64,000 bases of DNA, from positions 109,492,001 through 109,556,000 of the forward strand of contig OZ024742.1 of the NCBI GenBank assembly GCA_964016885.1. The letters are read 5' to 3'. Below the pieces are notes generated by a model. The model had not been told where the DNA came from and did not search any database. It saw only the letters and a program-made list of their open reading frames with translations. This DNA is from Eledone cirrhosa. Its lineage: Eukaryota. Position 1 is the stretch's first letter, and each line of letters begins with the position of its first letter. Below, in pieces: positions 1 through 16,334 of the stretch. The translations under genes and the position numbers were made by a program.

Positions 1-378
1 CATTGACTGACCGGCGGTCAAAAATAATACAGATACAATATAGACAAACACATATATATATAGTTTACATAAATCTTTCGTTGCACATCTGCAACATCGT
101 CAGTGGTGTTATATTCATTGTTCCTCCTGTTGTGTTGTATGTCTACGCCATTTTTTTTTTTGTTCAGTCTGTCTATATATTTATTTATTTATTTGCTTGT
201 TTGTTTATCTTATTTTATTTTGTCTTCTTTGCGCATGCGTTTGCGTGTGTGTATAGTGTTATGTGTGATGTGTGACTAGTGTGTATAGTGTTGTGTCTGC
301 TGGGTGACTAGTGTGTGTTTATGTGCTTGTGTATGTATTTATTTATCTTATTTTATTTAATTTAATTTACTTATTTAT

Positions 379-579
379 TTATACTTCTCTTAGGTCAGTG
401 TTGTTTGTTTGGGTGTTGTTGTTGTTCCACTCATTCTTTCTGTTTAGCTTTGGTCTTCTAATTTCTATTTCACTGGCCTCTCTGATTTGCCTATCTGCTG
501 GGTCATTCCTATGTTTAGATATTATTCTAATTTCTATGTTGTCTATGTTACCGTCATGATGTTGTCTAGCATGTTCATA
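379..579 (-). pseudogene. C-terminal fragment of a PLE GIY-YIG endonuclease (mirror copy 581-769 on +)
   Basis: Manual translation: YEHARQHHDGNIDNIEIRIISKHRNDPADRQIREASEIEIRRPKLNRKNEWNNNNTQTNNTDLREV*. The HxxxxH, RQIxEA and LNRKxEW pattern fits the end of PLE endonucleases. Not in the ORF track because it lacks a start codon. Confidence 0.75.
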
Positions 580-1040
580 TAGACAACATCATGACGGTAA
601 CATAGACAACATAGAAATTAGAATAATATCTAAACATAGGAATGACCCAGCAGATAGGCAAATCAGAGAGGCCAGTGAAATAGAAATTAGAAGACCAAAG
701 CTAAACAGAAAGAATGAGTGGAACAACAACAACACCCAAACAAACAACACTGACCTAAGAGAAGTATAAATAAATAAGTAAATTAAATTAAATAAAATAA
801 GATAAATAAATACATACACAAGCACATAAACACACACTAGTCACCCAGCAGACACAACACTATACACACTAGTCACACATCACACATAACACTATACACA
901 CACGCAAACGCATGCGCAAAGAAGACAAAATAAAATAAGATAAACAAACAAGCAAATAAATAAATAAATATATAGACAGACTGAACAAAAAAAAAAAATG
1001 GCGTAGACATACAACACAACAGGAGGAACAATGAATATAA

Positions 1041-1085
1041 CACCACTGACGATGTTGCAGATGTGCAACGAAAGATTTATGTAAA
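1041..1085 (+). ncRNA. Minimal hammerhead ribozyme motif with decayed stem I (mirror about 63-108 on -)
   Basis: CTGACGA 1046-1052, stem II GTTGCA/TGCAAC, GAAA 1070-1073, then GATTTA. Confidence 0.6.
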
Positions 1086-1334
1086 CTATATATATATGTG
1101 TTTGTCTATATTGTATCTGTATTATTTTTGACCGCCGGTCAGTCAATGGCAACATTGAGGACCGAGTAAGTTAGATCGCAGATATATATATATAAAAGAC
1201 AGCGAGAAGCGAAAACCAACCAAACAGTGAGTGTGTTCTGTTATTAATTCTGGCAATATTACGCTAATATGACCCTCCCCAAATATAACAATATCTGTTT
1301 CGACACACGATTTCATATAAAAAACCTCGCAAAA

Positions 1335-1368
<34 letters not shown>

Positions 1369-1880
1369 CGTAACTGAAAGTTTCTACGCGAACTCTAAAA
1401 ATAAACGTGATCTGCCAGAAATGTGTAAATAAACTTCTTTCCTGGCAATCGTAAGATTCTACCAAAAGTTCATGAGTAAACGCAACCACTGCCGAACATA
1501 AGTAAATACATATATATATAATTAACATTCTACAAAAAAAAGAATAGGTAAATAATTGTAACTTGTACCGAAAACAAAGATAAGATCATATCTTTTACCG
1601 AAATATATATATAAATATACGTACGTAGCTTGTACCGAAACTATGTACCTACTTAACTTATACTGAAAATAAATATACATATATGTATGTACACTAAAAC
1701 ACACAACTTAAAATATAAACCAATATCACCGTTATCAAAATACCTTCATCGATATAGTCACACGAAAACAACAATAACGCTACAAAAGGCGTACACACGC
1801 AAAATACACATAAACAGACTCACATTCACACGCACACACACACAAACGCACACACAGACACATATATCTATATATATATA

Positions 1881-2551
1881 TATAAGTATGTATACGTACA
1901 TACATATATGTGTACAGACACACAGTAGTATGTATATATATACATACATGCACACATATATATAGTACGTATGGGTTTACCGAACATTTATTATAATGTT
2001 CGGTTTGTTTGTAAACAAACAACCCGAATTACACTGTACAGTGCTCGGCAACCATCGTTGCCCTTTTGTTCAACACTGACACAGGAACGATGTACTAGTT
2101 TCAAGCTTATTAGCTATCGTCAGCATCGTATACCTTTCTGTCAGATGATTGAACGTCTGAAAGTATATACTTTCCTTATGCATATTAATGGCTGAGCAGC
2201 CTAATTTGCATATCGAGTGAGTTAGTCGGCTGGGTATACCGAAAACGATAAATGGAAGAAAGGTATACGATGCTGACGATAGCTAATAAGCTTGAAACTA
2301 GTACATCGTTCCTGTGTCAGTGTTGAACAAAAGGGCAACGATGGTTGACGAGCACTGTACGGCGTAATTCAACCGAACATTATAATAAATGTTCGGTAAA
2401 CCCATACGTACTATATATATGTGTGCATGTATGTATATATATATACATACTACTGTGCGTCTGTAAATATATATGTATGTACGTATACATACTTATATTT
2501 AAGTAACAGCCGTACTAAGAGTGAGAAATGAAAACTCGTGTCATTCTTTTC

Positions 2552-2552
<1 letters not shown>
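1881..2552. mobile_element. PLE-type fold-back element (arms about 1881-2139 and 2257-2497) between (TA)n tracts
   Basis: Inverted arms of about 250 bp, each with an intact HHR; the right arm has a unique extension running into (TA)n. Confidence 0.8.
2267..2309 (+). ncRNA. Intact minimal type I hammerhead ribozyme (mirror 2087-2129 on -)
   Basis: Stem I ACGATG/CATCGT, CTGACGA core, stem II AGCT-AATA-AGCT, GAAA, palindromic stem III ACTAGT, cleavage triplet GUA. Confidence 0.85.
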
Positions 2553-2590
<38 letters not shown>

Positions 2591-2594
<4 letters not shown>

Positions 2595-3178
2595 AGTATG
2601 GGGAGAAGAATACCGCATGGTTGCACATGGATTTACATGTTATAAAATGAGTCCCTCATCAGTGATTTGCCAACGATCATTGGTATTTCATCGCATTAAA
2701 AATCAGATACCTCACGTTGGAGCGATAATAACTAAAATAAGTTATTGGGACAATTGAAACGCGTAAAGCGAGTGAGACAAGTAAACAACACAGGGGAAAG
2801 CTAACCGAAGATGGAAAGAAACACAAGCAACATGGTTATTCTATCAGCATAAGCTGTGTGAATATATGACCGAGTTTGAAACAGACCTTCCTCTAGTGAA
2901 TCCGATGTTAGAAAGAAGGAAAATCGTTTTCGTAGCGAACGGGAGGAGGTGAGAAGGGGAGAAATAGAGAGTGAGTGAGTGGAAGTGCGAGGAAGAGGTC
3001 AGTAGAGAGAAAGTGTTAACTGACATGACAGAGGGGACGAAAGAAAGTAAGAGAAACAGAGAGAACGAGGGAGCAGTAAGAGAGAAAGAGAGAAACACAG
3101 AATCGCAGTTTAGGTAAATATATGAAAAATATGGGGAGAAGAATACTGCATGGTTGCACATGGATTTACATGTTATAA
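2591..3178 (-). mobile_element. Degraded element with about 55-bp direct repeats (pseudo-LTR-like) and a truncated HHR core
   Basis: ATGGGGAGAAGAATAC...GGATTTACATGTTATAA occurs at about 2591 and 3124; CTGATGAG is on the minus strand near 2655-2662; the left flank is (TA)n. Confidence 0.45.
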
Positions 3179-3586
3179 TATACAGCTGATATCAAATGCT
3201 CCCCACTCCACTTCACAAGTACACATATACGCGAACAACACCATCAAGCAGTCGCCGTGAAAGCCGCTATTTGGTTGATCAACATGCTAAGATAACAACA
3301 AATTACACCAAAAATCTTCAAAAGAGTAAGGATGCACTGGATAATGAACTCTTAGCTATCTGAAGCCAGGGACAAAATGTGGGTTGATCATGGGTGGATT
3401 GCTTTCTTTTATTTCAGATCTTCTCAATCCGAGCTGACCTAGGGCTAAACAATATCAATAAATTCACACAGGTACATGTGTACGGATATTCAAACACACG
3501 CTCAAACACGCAGATGTATACACTAATACAAACACATACATACATAGAATCATACATACATACATACATACACACATACGTACATA

Positions 3587-3662
<76 letters not shown>

Positions 3663-3663
3663 G

Positions 3664-3801
<138 letters not shown>

Positions 3802-3831
3802 GATTCGCGCGCACACACACACACATGTTTG

Positions 3832-3870
<39 letters not shown>

Positions 3871-3959
3871 GCACGCGCACAGATATATATATATGTATAT
3901 ATACACACACGCGCGTTTATATTTATGTAGTGATGCAAACAAACGCGGCATTTTTAAGA

Positions 3960-5472
3960 CACCACGACCAACAACAACAACAACCCCACAACACCACCAC
4001 CACCACCTCCACCACCACCACCAACAACAACAATAAACTCACAACACCACAGCCACCACCACCAACACCAACAACAACAAGAACAACCACACAACACCAC
4101 AGCCACCACCAACAACAACAAGAACAACCACACAACACCACAGCCACCAACACCAACAACAACAACAACCCACACAACACCACAGCCACCAACATCAACA
4201 ACAACAAGAACAACCGCACAACACCACAGCCACCAACACCAACAACAACAACAACCCACACACCACCACAGCCACCAACATCAACAACAACAAGAACAAC
4301 CGCACAACACCATAGCCACCAACACCAACAACAACAACAACCCACACAACACCACAGCCACCAACACCAACAACAACAACAACCCACACAACACCACAGC
4401 CACCAACACCAACAACAACAAGAACAACCACACAACACCACAGCCACTACCAACAACAACAAGAACAACCACACAACACCACAGCCACCAACACCGACAA
4501 CAACAACAACCCACACAACACCACAGCCACCAACATCAACAACAACAAGAACAACCGCACAACACCACAGCCACCAACACCAACAACAACAACAACAAGA
4601 ACAACACCACAGCCACCAACATCAACAACAACAAGAACAACCACACAACAACACAGCCACCAACATCAACAACAACAAGAACAACCACACAACACCACAG
4701 CCACCAACATCAACAACAACAAGAACAACCACACAACACCACAGCCACCAACATCAACAACAAGAACAACCACACAACACCACAGCCACCAACACCAACA
4801 AAAACAACAACCACCACACAACATCACAGCCACCACTAACAACAACAACAAGAACAACCACACAACACCACAGCCACCAACAAAAACAACAACAACCACA
4901 CAACACCACAGCCACCACTAACAACAACAACAAGAAAAACCACACAACACCACAGCCACCAACAAAAACAACAACAGCCACACAACACCACAGCCACCAC
5001 TAACAACAACAACAACATCCACACAACATCACAGCCACCACTAACAACAACAACAAGAACAACCACACAACACCACAGCCACCACCAACAACAACAACAA
5101 CAACCACACAACACCACAGCCACCACCAACAACAACCACACAACACCACAGCCACCACCAACAACAACAACAACCACACAACACCACAGCCACCACCAAC
5201 AACAACAACAACCACACAACACCACAGCCATCACCACCAACAACAACAACAACAACACAACACCACAGCCACCACCAACAACAACAACAACCACACAACA
5301 CCACAGCCACCACCAACAACAACAACAACCACACAACACCACAGACACCACCACCAACAACAACAACTACACAAAACCACAGCCGCCACCAACAACAACA
5401 ACAACACACCACAGCCGCCACCACCACCACCAACAACAACAACCACACAACACCACAACCACTACCACCACC

Positions 5473-5504
<32 letters not shown>

Positions 5505-5879
5505 CCACACAACCACTACCACCAACAACAACAACAACTACACAACACCCCAGCCACACCAACACAAACAAAAACAACAACAACCACACAACACCACAAC
5601 CACTACCACCACCAACAACAACAACAACCACACAACACCACAGCCATCACCACCAACAACAACAACAACAACACAACACCACAGCCACCACCAACAACAA
5701 CAACAACCACACAACACCACAGCCACCACCAACAACAACAACAACCACACAACACCACAGACACCACCACCAACAACAACAACTACACAAAACCACAGCC
5801 GCCACCAACAACAACAACAACACACCACAGCCGCCACCACCACCACCAACAACAACAACCACACAACACCACAACCACT

Positions 5880-5911
<32 letters not shown>

Positions 5912-7841
5912 CAACAACCACACAACCACTACCACCAACAACAACAACAACAACTAGACAACACCCCAGCCACACCACCACAAACAAAAACAACAACAAC
6001 CACACAACACCACAACCACTACCACCACCAACAACAACAACAACCACACAACACCACAACCACCACTAACAACAACAACAACAACCACACAACACCACCA
6101 CCACTACCACAACCACCACCAACAACAACAACCACACAACACCACAGCCACCACCACCAACAACAACAACAACCACACAACACCACAGCCACCACCACCA
6201 ACAACAACAACAACAAGAACAACCACACAACACCACAGCCACCACCTCCAACAACAACAAAAACCACGCAACAAAACAGCCACCACCAACAACAACAACA
6301 ACCACACAACACCACATCCACCACCAACAACAACAACAACCACACAACACCACAGCCACCACCAACAACAACAACAACAACAACCACACAACACCACAGC
6401 CACCACCAACAACAACAACAACAACCACACAACACCACATCCACCACCAACAACAACAACAACCACACAACACCACAGCCACCACCACCAACAACAACAA
6501 CAACAATACAAAACCACAGCCACCACCAACAACAACAACCATACAACACCGCAACCACCACCTACAACAACCACACAACACCACAGCCACCACCAACAAC
6601 AGCAACAACCATACAACACCACAGCTCCCAACAACAACAACAACAACCACACAACACCACAGCCACCACCAACATCAACAACAACAACCACACAACACCA
6701 CAGCCACCAACAACAACAACAACAACAACAACCACACAACACCACAGCCACCACCAACAACAACAACAACAACTACACAACACCACAGCCACCACCAACA
6801 ACAACAACAACAACCACACAACACCACAGCCACCAACATCAACAACAAGAACAACCACGCAACACCACAGCCACCAACACCAACAAAAACAACAACCACC
6901 ACACAACATCACAGCCACCACTAACAACAACAACAAGAACAACCACACAACACCACAGCCACCAACAAAAACAACAACAACCACACAACACCACAGCCAC
7001 CACTAACAACAACAACAAGAAAAACCACACAACACCACAGCCACCAACAAAAACAACAACAGCCACACAACACCACAGCCACCACTAACAACAACAACAA
7101 CAACATCCACACAACATCACAGCCACCACTAACAACAACAACAAGAACAACCACACAACACCACAGCCACCACCAACAACAACAACAACAACCACACAAC
7201 ACCACAGCCACCACCAACAACAACCACACAACACCACAGCCACCACCACCAACAACAACAACAACCACACAACACCACAGCCACCACCACCAACAACAAC
7301 AACAACAAGAACAACCACACAACACCACAGCCACCACCTCCAACAACAACAAAAACCACGCAACAAAACAGCCACCACCAACAACAACAACAACCACACA
7401 ACACCACAGCCACCACCTCCAACAACAACAAAAACCACGCAACAAAACAGCCACCACCAACAACAACAACAACCACACAACACCACAGCCACCACCAACA
7501 ACAACCACACAACACCACAGCCACCACCACCAACAACAACAACAACCACACAACACCACAGCCACCACCAACAACAACAACAACCACACAACACCACAGC
7601 CATCACCACCAACAACAACAACAACACAACATCACAGCCACCACCAACAACAACAACAACCACACAACACCACAGCCACCACCAACAACAACAACAACCA
7701 CACAACACCACAGACACCACCACCAACAACAACAACTACACAAAACCACAGCCGCCACCAACAACAACAACAACACACCACAGCCGCCACCACCACCACC
7801 AACAACAACAACCACACAACACCACAACCACTACCACCACC

Positions 7842-7873
<32 letters not shown>

Positions 7874-8251
7874 CCACACAACCACTACCACCAACAACAA
7901 CAACAACTACACAACACCCCAGCCACACCAACACAAACAAAAACAACAACAACCACACAACACCACAACCACTACCACCACCAACAACAACAACAACCAC
8001 ACAACACCACAGCCATCACCACCAACAACAACAACAACAACACAACACCACAGCCACCACCAACAACAACAACAACCACACAACACCACAGCCACCACCA
8101 ACAACAACAACAACCACACAACACCACAGACACCACCACCAACAACAACAACTACACAAAACCACAGCCGCCACCAACAACAACAACAACACACCACAGC
8201 CGCCACCACCACCACCACCAACAACAACAACCACACAACACCACAACCACT

Positions 8252-8283
<32 letters not shown>

Positions 8284-9230
8284 CAACAACAACCACACAA
8301 CCACTACCACCACCAACAACAACAACTACACAACACCCCAGCCACACCACCACAAACAAAAACAACAACAACCACACAACACCACAACCACTACCACCAC
8401 CAACAACAACAACAACCACACAACACCACAACCACCACTAACAACAACAACAACAACCACACAACACCACCACCACTACCACAACCACCACCAACAACAA
8501 CAACCACACAACACCAGAGCCACTACCACCACCAACAACAACAACCACACAACACCACAGCCACCACCACCAACAACAACAACAACAACCACACAACACC
8601 ACAGCCACCACCACCAACAACAACAACAACAACAACCACACAACACCACAGCCACCACCTCCAACAACAACAACAACCACGCAACAAAACAGCCACCACC
8701 AACAACAACAACAACCACACAACACCACATCCACCACCAACAACAACAACAACCACACAACACCACAGCCACCACCAACAACAACAACAACAACAACCAC
8801 ACAGAACCACAGCCACCACCACCACGAACAACAACACCCACACAACACCACAGCCTCCACCAACAACAACAACACCCACACAACACCACAGCCACCAACA
8901 ACAACAACAACAATCACACAACATCACAGCCACCACCAACAACAACAACACCCACACAACACCACAGCCTCCACCAACAACAACAACAACCACACAACAC
9001 CAGAGCCACCAACAACAACAACAACAACTACACAACACCACAGCCACCACCAACAACAACAACAACCATACAACATCACAGCCACCACCAACATCAACAA
9101 CAACAACCGCACAACACCACAGCCATCACCACCACCAACAACAACAACTACACAACACCACAGCCACCACCAACAACAACAACAACCACACAACACCACA
9201 GCCACCACCACCAGCAACAACAACAACCGC
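3960..9230. repeat. Compound CAA/CAC minisatellite with core CCACACAACACCACAGCCACC and higher-order duplications
   Basis: Direct reading; diagnostic variants recur at about 5341, 5757, 7711 and 8127. Confidence 0.95.
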
Positions 9231-10325
9231 ACAACACCACAATACCAACCTCACAACACCACAATACCAACATCACAACACCACAATACCAACCTCACAA
9301 CACCACAATACCAACATCACAACACCACAATAACAACCTCACAACACCACAATACCAACATCACAACACCACAATAACAACCTCACAACACCACAATACC
9401 AACCTCACAATACCAACCTCACAACACTACAATACCAACCTCACAACACCACAATACCAACCTCACAACACCACAATAACAACCTCACAACACCACAATA
9501 ACAACCTCACAACCCCACAATAACAACCTCACAATACCACAATAACAACCTCACAACACCACAATACCAACATCACAACACCACAATACCAACCTCACAA
9601 CCCCACAATAACAACCTCACAACACCACAATAACAACCTCACAACACCACAATACCAACATCACAACACCACAATACCAACCTCACAACCCCACAATAAC
9701 AACCTCACAACACCACAATAACAACCTCACAACCCCGCAATAACAACCTCACAACACCACAATAACAACTCACAACACCACAATACCAACATCACAACAC
9801 CACAATACCAACCTCACAACCCCACAATAACAACCTCACAACACCACAATAACAACCTCACAACCCCACAATAACAACCTCACAACACCACAATAACAAC
9901 CTCACAACACCACAATACCAACCTCACAACACCACAATACCAACCTCACAACCCCACAATATCAACCTCACAACACCACAATAACAACCTCACAACACCA
10001 CAATACCAACCTCACAACACCACAATAACAACCTCACAACACCACAATACCAACATCACAACTCCACAATACCAACCTCACAACACCAACCTCACAACAC
10101 CACAATAACAACCTCACAACACCACAATACCAACATCACAACACCACAATACCAACGTCACAACACCACAATACCAACATCACAACTCCACAATACCAAC
10201 CTCACAACACCAACCTCACCACACCAACCTCACAACACCACAATAACAACCTCACAACACCACAATACCAACATCACAACCTCACAACACCAACCTCACA
10301 ACACCACAATAACAACCTCACAACA
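9230..10325. repeat. 22-bp minisatellite AATACCAACCTCACAACACCAC
   Basis: Tandem copies with point variants. Confidence 0.95.
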
Positions 10326-10499
10326 ACACCAACAAAAACAATGTCAGTAATTATGTCTCACTTGTCTTACAACCACTATTATCAACACCATCGCCACCAT
10401 CATCAGCACAACCACAAACACCTTGCTACTGTTCTTGGTGGTGACGGAGATGGTTGTTGATCTTCTTCGTCTTCTCTTTCTCCTTTTCCTTAATTACAT

Positions 10500-10681
10500 A
10501 TCTTCTTCTTCTTCTTCTTCTTCTTCTTCTTCTTCTTCTTCTACTTCTTCTTTTTCTTCTTCTCCTTCTTCTCCTACCATTTGTTGTTATTGATTGGTGA
10601 GGTGTAGTGACAACACCGACACCATCGTAGTCAACATCAACATCAACAACACCAACATCACAATCAAAAACAGCAGCAGTG

Positions 10682-10748
<67 letters not shown>

Positions 10749-10837
10749 ATAACATAATTGGTCGCGGTGGCAGTACTGGAAGAAACAGCAGCAGCAGCAT
10801 TAACAGCAGCAGTGAAGCAGTAGCAGCAGCAGCAACA

Positions 10838-10932
<95 letters not shown>

Positions 10933-10951
10933 ACAGCAGCAGCAGCAGGGC

Positions 10952-11015
<64 letters not shown>

Positions 11016-11020
11016 ACAGC

Positions 11021-11091
<71 letters not shown>

Positions 11092-11109
11092 CAGCAGCAG
11101 CAGCAGCAG

Positions 11110-11202
<93 letters not shown>

Positions 11203-11240
11203 TGGAGCAGTAGTAGTAGTAGTAATAGAACTAGTAGTAC

Positions 11241-11273
<33 letters not shown>

Positions 11274-11309
11274 GAGCAGCAGCAGTAGCAGTATTAGTAG
11301 TAGTAGTAT

Positions 11310-11357
<48 letters not shown>

Positions 11358-11402
11358 CAGCAGCAGCAGCAGCAGCAGTACTAGTAGTACTAGTAGTAGT
11401 AC

Positions 11403-11461
<59 letters not shown>

Positions 11462-11520
11462 ACAGCAGCAGTAGTAGTAGTAGTAGTGACTATAGTTGTA
11501 GTGATAGTAGTGGATGATAG
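10500..11520. repeat. (CTT)n, (TAG)n and (CAG)n microsatellites
   Basis: Direct reading. Confidence 0.95.
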
Positions 11521-11879
11521 CAGTGGTGGTGATGTAGGTGGTGGGGAACGTAACGTGTCCTCACAGAAGAAGCGACGGCACAACTGCAGTAAAAACATGA
11601 ACCACATTTTTATAGTTTTTCTGCTGTACATATTAGTGGGGGAAAACTAACCCCAACAAACATAAACCAGCACCAGCCCCCCTTCACAAAATACCTTCTC
11701 TTCACATCTTAATCATCACTATCGTTATCATCGTTATTATCATCGTTATTATCATCGTTATTATCATCGTTATTATCATCGTTATTATCATCGTTATTAT
11801 CATCGTTATTGTTGTCGTCCTGGTCGGTAACATCACTAGTAGTCAGAACAGCAACAACACTAGCAACAACAATCTCAAC

Positions 11880-12662
11880 CTTAACGGAGTACCATAGCAG
11901 AGACAACAATAACAACAACAAGAGCATCAACAACAGTAGCATCAACAACAACAGCAGCATCAACAACAACAGCAGCATCAACAACAGCAGCATCTACCTT
12001 AACGGAGTACGTACACAACTTAGACAACAACAACATCAACATCAACAACAACAACAAAAGCAACAACAACCGTAACGGAGTACACAGCATATACACCAAC
12101 ATCAACAAAAGCAACAACAACCGTAACGGAGTACACAGCATAGACAACAACAACAACAACCGTAACGGAGTACACAGCATAGACAACAACAGCAACAACA
12201 ACCGTAACGGAGTACACAGCATATACACCAACAACAACATCAACAAAAGCAACAACAACCGTAACGGAGTACACAGCATATACAACAACATCAACAAAAG
12301 CAACAACAACCGTAACGGAGTACACAGCATAGACAACAACAACAACAACAACAACCGTAACGGAGTACACAGCATAGACAACAACACCAACAACAACCGT
12401 AACGGAGTACACAGCATATACACCAACAATAACATCAACAAAAGCAACAACAACCGTAACGGAGTACACAACATATACAACACCAACAACATCAACAAAA
12501 GCAACAACAACCGTAACGGAGTACACAGCATATACACCAACAACATCAACAAAAGCAACAACAACCGTAACGGAGTACACAGCATATACACCAACACCAA
12601 CATCAACAAAAGCAACAACAGCCGTAACGGAGTACACAACATATACAACACCAACAACAACA
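11880..12662. repeat. Minisatellite with constant core CCGTAACGGAGTACACAGCATA and variable CAA-rich linkers
   Basis: About 12 near-perfect cores at 12070-12645, plus two degenerate cores at about 11881 and 12000. Confidence 0.9.
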
Positions 12663-13189
12663 AGTAGGTAGATACTAGGATCTACCTTTAAAAGTGTCCC
12701 TAGACAGTTTACAATGACAACCATTTCAACAACATTTAACAAATACCACTCCATTATCACAGACGGTAATCGTCACGAAAGGTATAGCAATCGCCATCGC
12801 TATCATCATAGTCTTTATAATGAGTAGTGTAGTGATGATCAACAACAACAAAAACAACAACAACAACATCAACACACTACAACAACAACAATAACAACAT
12901 CAACAACTACAACAACAACAACAACAACAACAACAACAGTAGAGATTACAGGAATAGTTATCAGGAGTATTAATAATCGCCGCCGCCGCACCAGCAGCAG
13001 TAGTAGCAGTAGTAGTAGCTGCAGCTGTAGTAAACTACAACAACAACAACTGCAACTATAGCAATAGCAGTAGTAGTAGTAGTAGTAGCAGCAATAGTAG
13101 CAGGAGTTACTACTACTACTATAACAACAACAACAACAACAAACAGTCTTAGCCTTCGGAGTGTTTGAATGACTAAAAAAAAAGGTAAG

Positions 13190-13255
13190 TTATATATAAT
13201 ATATATATAAAGAGTTTATATACATGTCTACATACATACATTCATACATAGATAC

Positions 13256-13332
<77 letters not shown>

Positions 13333-13494
13333 CATATATACATGCGAACCTGCATACATACATACATACATACATACATACATACATACATACATACATA
13401 CATACATACATACATACATACATACGTACATACATACATACATACATACGTACGTACGTACCTGCATACGTACATACATACATACATACATACA

Positions 13495-13528
<34 letters not shown>

Positions 13529-13605
13529 CATACATACGTACCTGCATATATACATACATACATACATTCATACATTCATACATACATACGTGCATACATA
13601 CATAC

Positions 13606-13680
<75 letters not shown>

Positions 13681-13882
13681 ATACATACATACATACATGC
13701 GAACCTGCATACATACGTACGTTACTACATACGTACCTGCATATATACATACATACATACATACATACATACGTACATACATATATACGTGCATACGTAC
13801 ATACATACATACATACATACATACATACATACATACATACATACATACATACATACATACGTGCATACGTACATACATATAT

Positions 13883-13958
<76 letters not shown>

Positions 13959-14057
13959 GTTCATACATGCATAAAAGATAGATACACACACACACCCCAC
14001 ACAAACACAAACACACATACACACACACATACACACATACACACACGTACACACACA

Positions 14058-14102
<45 letters not shown>

Positions 14103-14796
14103 ACACACATATATATGTGTATATATATGTATATATATGTATATATATTAGCACTTTTCTCATCAAAAACGTTCAGTCTCATCTTTCCTCTCTTTGATTG
14201 TGTTTGTCTTTGTTGTTGTTAATGATGATGATGATGATGATGATGACGATGATGATGACGATGATGGTGATGATGCTGATGATGATGGTGATGATGATTG
14301 TGGTGGTGCTAGGGATTATCATCATCATCGCCCTCATCACTTCGATAGGCGTTGGTTACAAGATTTCCAAAGGTGTGTGTGTCTCGGTAAGCTTGGCCGG
14401 AGCGATTGATTTTATAACGATACGTGATATTGATATCGATGTTGTTAATGATGATGATGGTGATGATGATGATCATGATGATGATGGTGATGATGGTGGT
14501 GGTGGTGATGACGATGATGGTGACGATTGTGATACTAATGATAGTGGTTATAACTGTCATTATCATTGTGTAATGGTCAAACCCGTAGCCAGGTTTTCCG
14601 CCAGGTAATGTCGTTCGAATATATGTTAAAACATATTTCTATTACTAATGGTGATGATGGTAGTTGATGGTGGTGGTGGTGGTGGTGGTGGCGGTGGTGG
14701 TGGTGGTGGTGGTGGTGGTGGTGGTGGTGGTGGTGGTTGTGGTGGTCGTGGTAGTGGTGGTGGTGCTGGTGATGATGGTGGTGGTGGTGGTGGTGG

Positions 14797-14827
<31 letters not shown>

Positions 14828-15545
14828 GGTGCTGGTGGTTGTGGTGGTGGTGGTGGTGGTTGTGGTGCTGGTGGTGGTTGTGGTGGTGGTGGTGGTGCTG
14901 GTGGTGGTGGTGGTGGTGCTGGTGGTGGTGCTGGTGGTTGCTGTGGTGGTGCTGGTGGTGCTGGTGGTGGTTGTGGTGGTGGTGGTGGTTGTGGTGGTGG
15001 TGGTGGTGTGGTGGTGGTGGTGGTTGTGGTGGTGGTGGTTGTGGTGGTGGTGGTGGTGGTGGTGGTGGTGGTGGTGGTGGTGGTGGTGGTGGTGGTGGTG
15101 GTTGTGGTGGTGGTGGTGGTTGTGGTGGTGGTGGTGGTGGTGGTGGTGGTTGGTGGTGGTGGTGGTGGTGGTGGTGGTTGTGGTGGTGGTGGTGGTGGTG
15201 GTGGTGGTGGTGGTGGTGGTGGTGGTGGTGGTGGTGGTGGTGGTTGTGGTGGTGTGGTGGTTGTGGTGGTGGTGGTGGTGGTGGTGGTGGTGGTGGTGGT
15301 GGTGGTGGTTGTGGTGGTGGTGGTGGTGGTGGTTATTGTGGTGGTGCTGGTGGTTGTGGTGGTGCTGGTGGTGGTGCTGGTGGTGGTTGTGGTGGTGGTG
15401 GTGGTGGTGGTGGGGGTAGTGGTGTTGGTAGTGGTGGTGGTGGTGGTGCTGCTGCTGCTGCTGCTGCCTGTAGTGGTGGTAGTGGTGGTGGCGGTAGTGG
15501 TGGTGGTGGTGGTTCTGGTGGTGGTGGTGGTAGTAGTGATGGTGT
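13190..15545. repeat. Block of (TA)n, (CATA)n, (CA)n, (GAT)n and (GGT)n microsatellites
   Basis: Direct reading. Confidence 0.95.
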
Positions 15546-15962
15546 TGACAAGAATTACAAAGATATCACTTGTATGTATGTGTAGGTGCACATAAGTCTG
15601 TTCTCATGTATATGTGCGCGCGTCTGTGTGTGCATGTGTATATGTGCGCGCGTCTGTGTGTGTATGTGTATATGTGCGCGCGTCTGTGTGTGTATGTGTA
15701 TTTGACTGCGTGTATGTCTGTGTGAGTTTGAATGAGAAGCAGGTTACGATGTTTTGTTTCTACATAAATGAATGAAATTATATATATAAGGGGTCGATAA
15801 AATAAAGTACCAGTAATGCACTGAGTAATTGCTGGCCTTGTGCCAATTGTAGAAACAATTATATATATATATACAATTACATATATATATATATATATAC
15901 ATATATAGTGTAACTCAACAAAAGAAGAGAAGGGATATATATAGCTATATAGTTATATATAT

Positions 15963-15997
<35 letters not shown>

Positions 15998-16008
15998 CAC
16001 ATATATAT

Positions 16009-16087
<79 letters not shown>

Positions 16088-16205
16088 AGTATGTATGTAT
16101 ATATATATATATGTATGTATGTATATATATATATGTGTATATATATATGTGTGTATATATATATAACTATATAGCTATATATATCCCTTTTATATATTCT
16201 TTTCC

Positions 16206-16334
<129 letters not shown>

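Larger units (their letters stand above)
1..1340. mobile_element. PLE 3' end as a near-perfect fold-back palindrome (arms 1-568 and 580-1148, 11-nt loop); right arm continues to a (TA)n junction
   Basis: Arms are reverse complements apart from a T11/A12 run, and each carries a GIY-YIG C-terminal fragment and an HHR motif. Bases 1190-1285 recur inverted at about 36681-36775. The left arm may extend beyond the window start. Confidence 0.85.

Noticed and set aside
311-837. Twin 82-aa hydrophobic ORFs as membrane proteins
   Set aside because: They are antisense readings of the palindrome arms; the meaningful frame is the endonuclease fragment on the opposite strand.
11880-12662. CRISPR array
   Set aside because: Spacers are low-complexity CAA variants rather than unique sequences, there are no cas genes, and the context is eukaryotic.
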